DNA from: Candidatus Cloacimonadales bacterium
Lineage (GTDB): Bacteria > Cloacimonadota > Cloacimonadia > Cloacimonadales > JAIOQZ01
Length of the DNA: 64,000 bases
Reading direction: 5' to 3'
NCBI GenBank assembly: GCA_963674825.1
Contig: OY771587.1
Location: forward strand, 1,984,001-2,048,000
Of the stretch, positions 37,424 through 46,592 are shown one piece after another. The notes under the pieces were generated by a model, which made no database searches, was not told the origin of the DNA, and was given only the letters and a program-made list of their open reading frames with translations. Both the position numbers and the translations under genes were made by a program. The first letter of the stretch is position 1. Each line of letters begins with the position of its first letter.

Positions 37424-39260
37424 TTTACTGCACCTTGTCCTGATTCTGATGATCACCGGCTGTGCCATGATGCCGCGCGATGAGGTTGAGCCTTATGAGG
37501 CGGCGATAGAGGACTATGAGTATGGTTACTACAATCTGGCGCTGAGCCGGTTCGAAGATGCTGTCAAACTCGATTCGCTTTACTATCCGCTGGCGGCTGC
37601 GATGGCACACGCGCACTATGAGCTGGGCTATGTCGATTCATCGTCGGTGTGGCTGGAACGGGCGGCACGGCTTTCCACGGAGTATTCCCCGGAATATCTG
37701 GCTTATCAGGCTGAGCGTAATCTGGAATCAAGCAGTACGGAAACGCTGGGATTCCTGGACTATGTAACTTCAGTGGCCCGGCGATACGGGATTGACCCGG
37801 GTCTGCTTCTGGCTGTAATGCAGCAGGAAAGTTCGCTACAGGCTGACGCGATTTCGCCATCCGGCGCAGTGGGCATGATGCAATTGATGCCGGCGACAGG
37901 AAAAGCGCTCGGGATGAGTGTCCCACAAGAAAATTATGTGAAGAAACCACCGATTCGCGATCATGAGGCGGACGAACGCTTTCATCCGGGAAAGAATATC
38001 GCCGGAGGGGCGAGCCACCTGAACTTCCTGCTCAACCACTATCGTTTTGACAAGCGGAATACAAACCTATGCAAAGCGCTGGGTGCTTATCTGGCGGGTA
38101 CTGGTAACGTCCGGGACACGATTCCGTCTTATTGCAATCATTACATCAACCGGATATCTGAGTTTTACCGGCAGAATCGCTATCAGTTCGAGCATCATCG
38201 TGAGCTGGAGGACCAATATTACCGTCTCAATCCCGATGCACCGGGTTTCAGCAGAGAGAGTGGATCTGTATCTTTCTCAAAGAAGAAAATGCGGCGAGGC
38301 TACGATCGGATTCGCAGAGATGTCGATATGGTAGATGAACGAGATCGGGCGATTTACTACGGTAATCTTGCGTTGATGGCTGAATCGTTGGGAATAGCGG
38401 ATACTGCGATGAGTTACTACGATACAGCATTAACGATTTTTTCGGATGAACAGCGAATTCGATATAACCGGGCTGTGCTCCGATTCAAGCAGGGGCAATA
38501 TACTGCTGCGATCGGTGACCTGGATCAGGTGGAGACTTTTCCGGCAAGAGTGTTGACGATCTCGGCTTGGATATCCCTTGGTGATCTTGATGTTGCTCAG
38601 GGATTGATTGACGAGTTGTTTCGAAGTAATCCGACATCGATCGAGTTGATTGAATTAAGTGGAATCGTGGCTTTATTGCGAGATGAGGTAGAGCTTTCTA
38701 TCTGGTATTTCAGCCAAGCGGTCGCGAAACGTGGTTCCCAGATAGATATCAACCATCTGCTGGTCAGTAAGTATGCATGGTATTATGGAAATCGGATCGA
38801 AGTGGATTATGGGCCGGTCAGGCACACAGGCTTTCTGGGTGATTCCTGGCTGGAATGGCCTGTTAGCGAGCGATATATCTCTTCGTACTACGGTTGGCGT
38901 CCCAATGCTGTGGAACGCGACTGGAAGAAGCGGCTGGAGAAGATGGAGTTCCACAGCGGAATCGATATCCCGGCAGCTACTGGTGAGCCGGTACGAGCCG
39001 CTGCCGACGGTGTCGTATGGATATCAACGACGTACGACATGTCGGGTGAGTCGGTCTATATACAGCATGAGAACGGGTGGTTCACGAGTTACTATCATAT
39101 GGATAAAAGACTGGTGGAGAAGGGCGATCACTTGAAGAAAGGCGACGTGATCGGTATGGTGGGATCAACGGGAAGATCGACGGGCGCTCATTTGCATTTC
39201 GGGCTTTTCGACCGTAACTGGAAGCCGGTCAATCCGCTTCTGTATCTCACGGGATATTGA
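37410..39260 (+). CDS. Lipoprotein with TPR, SLT lytic transglycosylase and M23 peptidase domains
   Basis: Lipobox ITGC; SLT AVMQQES..SPSGAVGMMQLMPAT, AY.AG; M23 HSGID and HLHF. Confidence 0.85.
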   Translation: MKANSLLHLVLILMITGCAMMPRDEVEPYEAAIEDYEYGYYNLALSRFEDAVKLDSLYYPLAAAMAHAHYELGYVDSSSVWLERAARLSTEYSPEYLAYQAERNLESSSTETLGFLDYVTSVARRYGIDPGLLLAVMQQESSLQADAISPSGAVGMMQLMPATGKALGMSVPQENYVKKPPIRDHEADERFHPGKNIAGGASHLNFLLNHYRFDKRNTNLCKALGAYLAGTGNVRDTIPSYCNHYINRISEFYRQNRYQFEHHRELEDQYYRLNPDAPGFSRESGSVSFSKKKMRRGYDRIRRDVDMVDERDRAIYYGNLALMAESLGIADTAMSYYDTALTIFSDEQRIRYNRAVLRFKQGQYTAAIGDLDQVETFPARVLTISAWISLGDLDVAQGLIDELFRSNPTSIELIELSGIVALLRDEVELSIWYFSQAVAKRGSQIDINHLLVSKYAWYYGNRIEVDYGPVRHTGFLGDSWLEWPVSERYISSYYGWRPNAVERDWKKRLEKMEFHSGIDIPAATGEPVRAAADGVVWISTTYDMSGESVYIQHENGWFTSYYHMDKRLVEKGDHLKKGDVIGMVGSTGRSTGAHLHFGLFDRNWKPVNPLLYLTGY

Positions 39261-39574
39261 TCACGACAGTGCATCGTTTCTAGCAAGTAAGTAAATTACT
39301 GTTGCTGTTCACTGAGGTAGTTGTTTCGAGAATTTACACGTATGTCAGATTCGCCCAATCCCTTCGCGACGCCGTATAATACGGTTTTTCGATTGAGATG
39401 CCCTAAATTTATATGATACCTCAATCGGAAAATCCTCTCTAAAAACAATTTCCGCCTCCATATATTTCCCAATTTATGATCTATCATAGCGGAAATTGTA
39501 TAACACCACGTCTTCGAAGTGGATGAACACGGCTGCTCGGGCTTGAACGAATCTGATAACGTCGAGCGATCTAA

Positions 39575-40129
39575 TCACTTTGTCGAAAGCTTAGTGATGA
39601 CGACGTCGGAGATTTCGATCGTGCCCATGTATTTGTTGGTAAGATTCAGGATCTTTTTGGGGAGAATTCGTTCGCGAGTCACTGGATCTGCGAAGTCATC
39701 ACGCGTCATGGTGGAGACGATTTCAGCGATGCCTTCTTTGATCGAGTCCTGATGCGTCATGATGCGTCCGAACGCTCTGCGAAACTTGCGCAGGTGCCTG
39801 AACTCGAGAGACATGATGACGTAATGGCCTGGGTCACTGGGTAGCGCAAATTCCATGTTGGTGAAGTCGCTATGACTGATCGATTTGTAATCGATTTCCC
39901 AGTCTTCCTTTTCCTCTTTCGGGATAGCGTTATCGTTGTTCGATTCGTCGATGTGAACGGTTTGTGTAGTAAGATTTCCCGAGCGGTCCAGTTCCGCGAT
40001 GATTTCCTCTTTCAGTTCAGCTTTCAGTTCCTTTTTGATTTCCTGTTTGAGCTCTTCCCGGTCAACGCAACCGGAAAGTAAAGTCAGAAGCATAATCAGT
40101 GGCAGCAGCTTTTTCATGGTATTTCTCAC
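39575..40129 (-). CDS. Lipoprotein with FliL-like C-terminal domain
   Basis: Lipobox LLSGC; C-terminus IKEGIAEIVSTMTRDDF...NKYMG..ISDVVITK resembles FliL; likely start 40117. Confidence 0.55.
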   Translation of the reverse strand: MRNTMKKLLPLIMLLTLLSGCVDREELKQEIKKELKAELKEEIIAELDRSGNLTTQTVHIDESNNDNAIPKEEKEDWEIDYKSISHSDFTNMEFALPSDPGHYVIMSLEFRHLRKFRRAFGRIMTHQDSIKEGIAEIVSTMTRDDFADPVTRERILPKKILNLTNKYMGTIEISDVVITKLSTK

Positions 40130-40890
40130 TGGTAGCGCAGCATCTTATCGAACTGCTTTCGGTTATTGTAGTCTATTCTCTCGTGGTTTGCGACCCGGAT
40201 ATAGTTATGGGTTGTGATTCCGAAGACAAGCAGGCTGAGGCATATCTGGAGAATTGTCTTCCATGGCGCTGATAACGGAATGAAGTTACCTAGCGAGAAG
40301 AACACGATGAACCAGGTGGCCAGGTTGATGAGCATGCCGATAAACTGCTTCTCCTTCATGAGCCCGATACGACTTTTCAACGTGTGCCAGTAGCTTTTCT
40401 GAACGAGCAGCTCGATGATTGTCGAATCCAGGGTCGGGCGCTTGTTCAGCAGTCGCATGAACCTGTAGAAAGTCTCGAAATCTTGCTTCTCGATGAACTC
40501 CTCCTGGAGCTTCATTCTTTTGTAGATATGATCCATACTGTTCCAAAGCAGTCTGTAGCCTCGAAGAAGACGAGCATTGGCCTGCTTCTCTTCGATCCGA
40601 ATCTGCTGCATGTTCGAGTCTTTGATCAGTACTTTCAAGTCAGCCATTGCTGCTGGAAAAGAATGCTCGACAACACGCATCAATTCCTTTTCACGGTAAA
40701 GGCATCTGCGTAGAACGGTAAGATTGTGGAAGAAGGTTTGCGGTGTCGTATTGCGCTTGCTCGAACTGAATCCGTTATGAATTCTGCCGGCACTGTGAAA
40801 CATTTCACCTCGAAGCATACTCCGCAAGCGCACAACACGCATCAACAGAACACGACAAGCTTGCAGCCTGCCAAGCGTCTCATCCATCAT
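40126..40890 (-). CDS. Hypothetical membrane protein (two C-terminal TM helices)
   Basis: 254-aa ORF in operon context; hydrophobic C-terminal segments. Confidence 0.65.
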   Translation of the reverse strand: MMDETLGRLQACRVLLMRVVRLRSMLRGEMFHSAGRIHNGFSSSKRNTTPQTFFHNLTVLRRCLYREKELMRVVEHSFPAAMADLKVLIKDSNMQQIRIEEKQANARLLRGYRLLWNSMDHIYKRMKLQEEFIEKQDFETFYRFMRLLNKRPTLDSTIIELLVQKSYWHTLKSRIGLMKEKQFIGMLINLATWFIVFFSLGNFIPLSAPWKTILQICLSLLVFGITTHNYIRVANHERIDYNNRKQFDKMLRYQ

Positions 40891-40913
40891 AGACCCACCC
40901 CATGTATGTTCTG

Positions 40914-41228
40914 CTAGTCTTTTTCCATTAAATCCTTTGCTTTGTCAACAAGTTTATCTTTATTCTCTTTAACGGTTTCCAGCGCTTCTTTGCCAGATTT
41001 CTGAGCATCCTTCAGCGCTTTTTCGCTCTCGTCGGCGATCTCTTTACTTTTGTCGCGCGCATCATCGACGATGTCCTGTCCGGTTTCCTTCGCGTCGTCG
41101 AGCAGTTTCTTACCATCTTCTTTCAGCTTTTCCAGCGCGGTTTTGGGTTTCTCCTTCTCGCAGCCAGTCATGACGACTCCTGCACAAATAATGACAATAA
41201 GCAGTAGTAAAAACCTGTGGTTTTTCAT
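40914..41228 (-). CDS. Small helical lipoprotein (YtxH/LEA-like repeats)
   Basis: Lipobox MTGC; K/D/E-rich amphipathic repeats; GGAGG RBS. Confidence 0.75.
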   Translation of the reverse strand: MKNHRFLLLLIVIICAGVVMTGCEKEKPKTALEKLKEDGKKLLDDAKETGQDIVDDARDKSKEIADESEKALKDAQKSGKEALETVKENKDKLVDKAKDLMEKD

Positions 41229-41243
41229 GAGGCCTCCAACTTA

Positions 41244-43121
41244 TTAAGCGAGTTTATCTTCAATACGTTTTGCTATGGTTTCAGCGTCGAGGCCTGCAAA
41301 TCGATAGACGTCGTCCGCGGAACCGGATACGCAGTAGTCTTCCACGCCGAAACGGTGAAGTTTGCAGCTCAGGCCCAAGTCGAGCAGCTTCGTTGCAATG
41401 CTCGCGCCGAGGCCGGTATGAACGTTGTGATCTTCCACGGTGAAGATCGTGCCGGTTGCAGCAGCTTGTTTGAGCGCTTCTTCGTCGACGTCACAGGGGC
41501 AGCTCACGTTCCAGACCTGTACAGAGACGCCTTGCTTCTCAAGAATTTCGGCAGCTTTTACGGCGTTTCCGGCAAGTGTGCCCATGACCATAATGGCAGC
41601 CTGGTTTCCTTCACGCATGAGATCGGCTTTGCCATACACAAATTCGTAACCATCGGCGAAGAGGAGTTTTCCTTCCGCTTCACGAATAGGCGCGAGTTTG
41701 CTTCTGCCCATCGGAACCAGGAAGTTGCCATAGCAGCTTGAGATGTAGCGGATCACACGGTCGGTTTGATTCGGATCGGCCGGAACGATTACTTTGAAGT
41801 GGAAGAGATTGCGCATGACACCGAGGTAGTCAATACACTGGTGAGTTTTGCCGTCTTCGCCGACGTCGAGACCGACGTGAGTTGTGACGAGCTTAAGGTT
41901 GGTTTCGTTGATATCGTTCAGCCGGTGTTGGTTATAGGTCTCATCGACGCCGAATACGCCAAAATCAGCGAAATACGCATGGATACCGTACTTGGATACC
42001 GCCCCGGCCAGGGTTGCGGTATTATGTTCCATGATGCCGCCCTGGAAGAAGCGATTTGGCGCGACTTTCTCGAAGTCGTTGGTCTTGACGCTGCCTTGGA
42101 GATCGCAGTCGAATACGGCCATAGGAGCTTTTACGCCACCGTTGGTTTCAGCGAGATCGGCGAGCGCATTGCCCCAGGCGGAGCGGTTGTCAGTTTTGCC
42201 ATCATACACGCGCGGCGTTCCGGGATCGAGACCTTTGCCGGTGACTTTTAGATGGCCGTATTGCGGGTTGCACTGGTTTCTGAGCTGACGGAAATGCTCG
42301 AGACGGTTATCGATGCCCAGTTCTTTGCAGGCATCTGCGTATTGTTGATCGTTGAGGGTAGAGCCGTGATATTTCTCCAGATTTTCCATGAAGGAAACGC
42401 CTTTGCCCATTACGGTGTGTGCCAGGATCATGACCGGCTTTTCAGCATTGATTGCGTCGGTGATCGCCTTGTCGATCTCCTCGAAGCTGTGTCCGTCGAT
42501 CTCGATGACCATCCAGCCGTCCGATTCGTATCCCTGGCGGATGTTCTGCGGCATGACACAATGGATGTCGCCGCCGATCTGAAGCTGGTTGTAGTCGATG
42601 ATGGCTGTGACGTTGTTGAGGCCGTATTTAACGGCAAAGCGACGAGCTTCGGCAATCTGGCCTTTCTGCTGTTCGCCGTCACCCATGAGGACGAATACCT
42701 GATTATTGATCTCATTGAGGCGTGTGGCAAGTGCAAATCCGACGCCGGCGGAAAGTCCCTGTCCAAGGTTACCAGTACCCCATTCGATTCCCGGTACAAT
42801 AGGCTCGACGTGGCCTTCGAACTTGCTTCCGGCAAGTCTGAACTGGGTAACAGCATCGTCAAGATCGATAAATCCATTGAGACCGAGTGTTGAGTAAACA
42901 GCGGGTGAGATGTGTCCGTTGCTGACAACGACGCAGTCACGGTTGGCAGCTTGCGGATTCTTGGGGTCGACATTAATGCGGCTGTATAGCGTAAGGAGGA
43001 AATCGATGGATGACATCGATCCGCCGGGATGCCCTGAAGCCGATAGTGTGGTCATGGTAAGGATTGCAGCTCGTGCCAGGCGTGCATCCTCAGTCAGTTT
43101 CGCAATAATTTTCGGGTCCAT
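41244..43121 (-). CDS. tkt: Transketolase (single chain)
   Basis: SGHPGGSMS, GDGEQQKG TPP motif, GEDGKTHQ, TVEDH. Confidence 0.92.
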   Translation of the reverse strand: MDPKIIAKLTEDARLARAAILTMTTLSASGHPGGSMSSIDFLLTLYSRINVDPKNPQAANRDCVVVSNGHISPAVYSTLGLNGFIDLDDAVTQFRLAGSKFEGHVEPIVPGIEWGTGNLGQGLSAGVGFALATRLNEINNQVFVLMGDGEQQKGQIAEARRFAVKYGLNNVTAIIDYNQLQIGGDIHCVMPQNIRQGYESDGWMVIEIDGHSFEEIDKAITDAINAEKPVMILAHTVMGKGVSFMENLEKYHGSTLNDQQYADACKELGIDNRLEHFRQLRNQCNPQYGHLKVTGKGLDPGTPRVYDGKTDNRSAWGNALADLAETNGGVKAPMAVFDCDLQGSVKTNDFEKVAPNRFFQGGIMEHNTATLAGAVSKYGIHAYFADFGVFGVDETYNQHRLNDINETNLKLVTTHVGLDVGEDGKTHQCIDYLGVMRNLFHFKVIVPADPNQTDRVIRYISSCYGNFLVPMGRSKLAPIREAEGKLLFADGYEFVYGKADLMREGNQAAIMVMGTLAGNAVKAAEILEKQGVSVQVWNVSCPCDVDEEALKQAAATGTIFTVEDHNVHTGLGASIATKLLDLGLSCKLHRFGVEDYCVSGSADDVYRFAGLDAETIAKRIEDKLA

Positions 43122-43143
43122 GTATTATTCTCCTTTAGATGGG

Positions 43144-43896
43144 TCAGTCGCCGCTGATGAGGTCGCCCAGAAGTCCGCCCAGGCCTTTTTGTTCACCTTG
43201 ATTCCGGAACCGCGCAGTAGAAATAATGCGGTCCGCAAGGCGTGAGAAAGGTAAACTTTGCAGGTAGATAGCTCCGGGTCCTTTGAGAGTAGCGAAGAAG
43301 AGCCCTTCTCCGCCAAAGAGAACGTTGGTGAATCCGCCGATGAATTCGATGTCGTAGTGGACGCTTGTCTCCATTCCGACCAGACAGCCAGTATCGACGC
43401 GCAGGGTCTCACCGGGTTGGAGCTGCCGTTCGATGATCGCTCCGCCTGCGTGGATGAAGGCCATTCCGTCACCTGAAAGCTTTTGCAGGATGAAGCCTTC
43501 GCCACCGAAGAGCCCGGCACCAAAGCGTTTGGTGAACGCGATATCGATATCAATGCCGCGTGCTGCACAGAGAAAGGAATTCTTCTGGCAGATGAAAGTT
43601 CTACCGTAACGATTGAGGTCGATGGGAACGATTCTTCCCGGGAACGGAGCTGCAAACGCAACGTGGCGCTTTGCGCGATCTTCGTTCAGGAACGTGGTAA
43701 TAAAGAAACTTTCGCCGGTAAGCATGCGTTTAAATCCCTTGAATAGTCCTCCACCGACACCGGTGTCCATGCGGATACCCTGCTCCATATATGTCATTGC
43801 GCCGACTTCCGCTCGTACGCCTTCACCCGGATCGAGCTCGACTTCGACCAATTGCATGTCGTCTCCAAAAATCTTAAAATCAATGATATCGGCCAT
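43144..43896 (-). CDS. TIGR00266/AIM24 family protein
   Basis: [46 protein letters not shown]; start chosen by GGAGG spacing. Confidence 0.9.
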   Translation of the reverse strand: MADIIDFKIFGDDMQLVEVELDPGEGVRAEVGAMTYMEQGIRMDTGVGGGLFKGFKRMLTGESFFITTFLNEDRAKRHVAFAAPFPGRIVPIDLNRYGRTFICQKNSFLCAARGIDIDIAFTKRFGAGLFGGEGFILQKLSGDGMAFIHAGGAIIERQLQPGETLRVDTGCLVGMETSVHYDIEFIGGFTNVLFGGEGLFFATLKGPGAIYLQSLPFSRLADRIISTARFRNQGEQKGLGGLLGDLISGD

Positions 43897-44121
43897 TTTC
43901 ATACCTCCGTCTGCATTGGATTCGGTTACCGAACAGACAAACAGCATGGCATTGAACGTCAAGCATAAAATGTGAGCATTTATAGTCCGCTGTATTTCTG
44001 AACGTTACCCACTTGCATTCGATGCGTGCGGAGTATTTGCCTGGATTTGGTGTTTATTTTTTTTGTTTTAATGGAAATTCGCGGTACTATATGAATAGTA
44101 CATACCAGGAGGAAGAGATTA

Positions 44122-44367
44122 ATGCAGAAACGTTCCGTATTGAAAATCGTAAATATCCTATTGGCGATCGGCTTCTTGCTTGCACTTATCAGCATGCTAC
44201 TTTATCGATTTATCCCGTCTCCGCTTCAGGGGATGGACATATTCTACGATATTCATGTCTATAGTGGTCCTGCGTTCGCTGTGATCGCTTTAATACATAT
44301 CGTTCTGAACTGGAACTGGATCAGAACACAATATTTCAAGAAACCAGCAAAACCCAGGGAGAAATGA
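44122..44367 (+). CDS. DUF4405-like small membrane protein
   Basis: Two TM helices with H..SG and IHIVLNWNW. Confidence 0.7.
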   Translation: MQKRSVLKIVNILLAIGFLLALISMLLYRFIPSPLQGMDIFYDIHVYSGPAFAVIALIHIVLNWNWIRTQYFKKPAKPREK

Positions 44368-44711
44368 TGAAATACGCTTCGTTGATTTCCACATTCGTAC
44401 TACTGCTTTTTGCAGCATCTCTTTTCGCGCACCCGGCATCAGAGGTTACAGCTTCATATGATAAAGAGACGATGATCCTTACTGTCGAATACAAACACGA
44501 TGTTTCGGATCCTACCAAGCACTTCATCGATGATATCGAAGTGATTCTTGCTAAAAAAGATCTGGTTGTGCAAAAGCTGATGAGTCAGGACACGATCGAG
44601 GGTGGTAAGGTTCTTTATAAAATCCGGGATCTGAAACCGGGCGATGTTCTGAAGATCAAGACAGACTGCAATAGGTTCGGTGGTAAATCGATCGAATATA
44701 CTATCGAATAA
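44364..44711 (+). CDS. Secreted small beta-sandwich protein, putative metal-binding
   Basis: Signal peptide ending LFA|H; His-rich H..HFI and CNRFG. Confidence 0.7.
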   Translation: MMKYASLISTFVLLLFAASLFAHPASEVTASYDKETMILTVEYKHDVSDPTKHFIDDIEVILAKKDLVVQKLMSQDTIEGGKVLYKIRDLKPGDVLKIKTDCNRFGGKSIEYTIE

Positions 44712-44729
44712 TAAAGGAACATCTATCCG

Positions 44730-46592
44730 GTGCTTACGAGGAAATTCTTCTTATTGATTATCCCGGTACTGCTTCTTTTTGCCCTTATCGACTACGTCGT
44801 CGTAAATCATCTTGTCATCGGTAAATTTGACAGGCTGGAGCGACGCGAAGCGATAAAGAATGGCCAACGGGTACTCGACGCGATCGAACGAGAGCTACAT
44901 CATCTGATGTCCCTGTGCGAAGACTGGTCTTATTGGGATGATACGTTCGAGTTCATGGTCACACATAATCAATCGTACATCGAATCGAATCTGGTGCCTC
45001 AAACGCATATCGACAATGAGATAAATCTGTTCATGCTGATCAATACGGATGGTAGCGTTCTGTTGAAGAAAAATGTCGATCTGGAGACACTGGAAAACAT
45101 CGCTGTGGCTGAGTTTGATTTGAACTCATATCCACCGGATCATTTCCTGATATCTCGAGGAAAAGGCGATATTCAATCCGGGATCGTTCATACTTCTGCA
45201 GGACTGTTTTTGATTGCAAAAGCACCGATTCTCACAAGCCTGAAAACAGGCCCATATAACGGTACGATGATCATGGGTAGGCTCTTCGATGGCAATTATC
45301 AGGATATCCTCTGTGGGCAAACTCGAATGCGATTCAGTGTCAACCCTGGTGATATCGATCAGATTTCCAGTATTAGGGAAAATGCCCGGCATGAGGGCGA
45401 CAATTTTGTGATTGACTACAATGGCCCGGATACGCTAAACTTGTTGGGTAGGCTGGATACGATCAACGGAGTAGACTACTACATTGAAGCCTCTCTCAAT
45501 CGGGACTTCATGAAAGAAGGTAGAAGAACTGTCACGATGCTTTACATCTCACTAATGGTTGTGAGTATAATCATCCTTTTTGTGCTGATGATAGGCATTC
45601 AGTTTCTGGTTATTCGGCCGATAAAGAGACTGAAAGAGCATGCGCTACTGATCGCTCATAAACAGGAAACTTGCACCCGGCTCTATCCGAATCGTAAAGA
45701 CGAAATCGGAGTGCTTGCGCAGGAATTCGATCAGGTGTTCGACAGGTTGTTCGAGACGCGCTCAAGGCTTCTGGAGAGCTCCTATAAATCGGGACTCGCA
45801 GAGATGGCCTCCAATTTCCTGCATAATCTCCGGAACTCTCTCACGCCGTTGATGGGTGAGATCCAGGGCATACGGTATGCGTGCCGCAATCTGGATTTTG
45901 AGAAGTATAAAAAAGCGCACGAAGAACTGATGCGTGAAGATCTCGATCCGGAAAGAAGAAAGAAAATCCGGGAATATCTCCTGTTGCTCGATAGGCAATA
46001 TTTCGAAACGATGGATGATATCAACCTGGAGTTCAATACACTCGATGAGTATCGACAGAATATCGAGAAGCTGCTGGATACGCAGTCTAAATGGACGTCC
46101 GCGAAACCGGTGGTTGAGCCGATGAAGCAGTCGGAGATTGGGAAGGAAATTCAGTCGTTTCTTTCTCCGTCTTTACGCCGCAAGTTGACTCTCAGTGTTC
46201 ATAACGAAGAGAAAAAGGATAAAACGATCCGGACGTACCGGGTCACATTGCTGATGATACTATCGCGGCTGCTTGAGTATATTGTTGAGAGCCGGATGGA
46301 TAGCGGTGATCTGCGCATCGTGATTCTCACAAAGCGCATGGTTCATGATGAAAAGCCGATTCTATCGATACGTGTCATGATGCCGCAGACAATGCATCCA
46401 ATAGAAGGGTCTATAAGTGTATTTGCAGAAGGTTCGACTGACACAACGAAGTCGCTGACCAATGAATTGATCTGGTGTACGAATACAGCCAGCGTTATCG
46501 GTGCGGGACTTAGAATTGAGCAGTCAGAAGATGGTTTGACATCGTATTTCTTATTACAAGTTCCAATTATCGAACAGGCAGGGAGTGAATGA
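44730..46592 (+). CDS. CHASE4-HAMP sensor with HisKA and degenerate ATP-binding domain
   Basis: DWSYWDDT CHASE4; RKDEIGVLA HAMP; LHNLRNSL H-box; no N/G1/G2 boxes. Confidence 0.8.
   Translation: MLTRKFFLLIIPVLLLFALIDYVVVNHLVIGKFDRLERREAIKNGQRVLDAIERELHHLMSLCEDWSYWDDTFEFMVTHNQSYIESNLVPQTHIDNEINLFMLINTDGSVLLKKNVDLETLENIAVAEFDLNSYPPDHFLISRGKGDIQSGIVHTSAGLFLIAKAPILTSLKTGPYNGTMIMGRLFDGNYQDILCGQTRMRFSVNPGDIDQISSIRENARHEGDNFVIDYNGPDTLNLLGRLDTINGVDYYIEASLNRDFMKEGRRTVTMLYISLMVVSIIILFVLMIGIQFLVIRPIKRLKEHALLIAHKQETCTRLYPNRKDEIGVLAQEFDQVFDRLFETRSRLLESSYKSGLAEMASNFLHNLRNSLTPLMGEIQGIRYACRNLDFEKYKKAHEELMREDLDPERRKKIREYLLLLDRQYFETMDDINLEFNTLDEYRQNIEKLLDTQSKWTSAKPVVEPMKQSEIGKEIQSFLSPSLRRKLTLSVHNEEKKDKTIRTYRVTLLMILSRLLEYIVESRMDSGDLRIVILTKRMVHDEKPILSIRVMMPQTMHPIEGSISVFAEGSTDTTKSLTNELIWCTNTASVIGAGLRIEQSEDGLTSYFLLQVPIIEQAGSE

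Noticed and set aside
39296..39487. 63-aa minus-strand ORF
   Set aside because: No RBS or motif; overlaps the inverted-repeat region.
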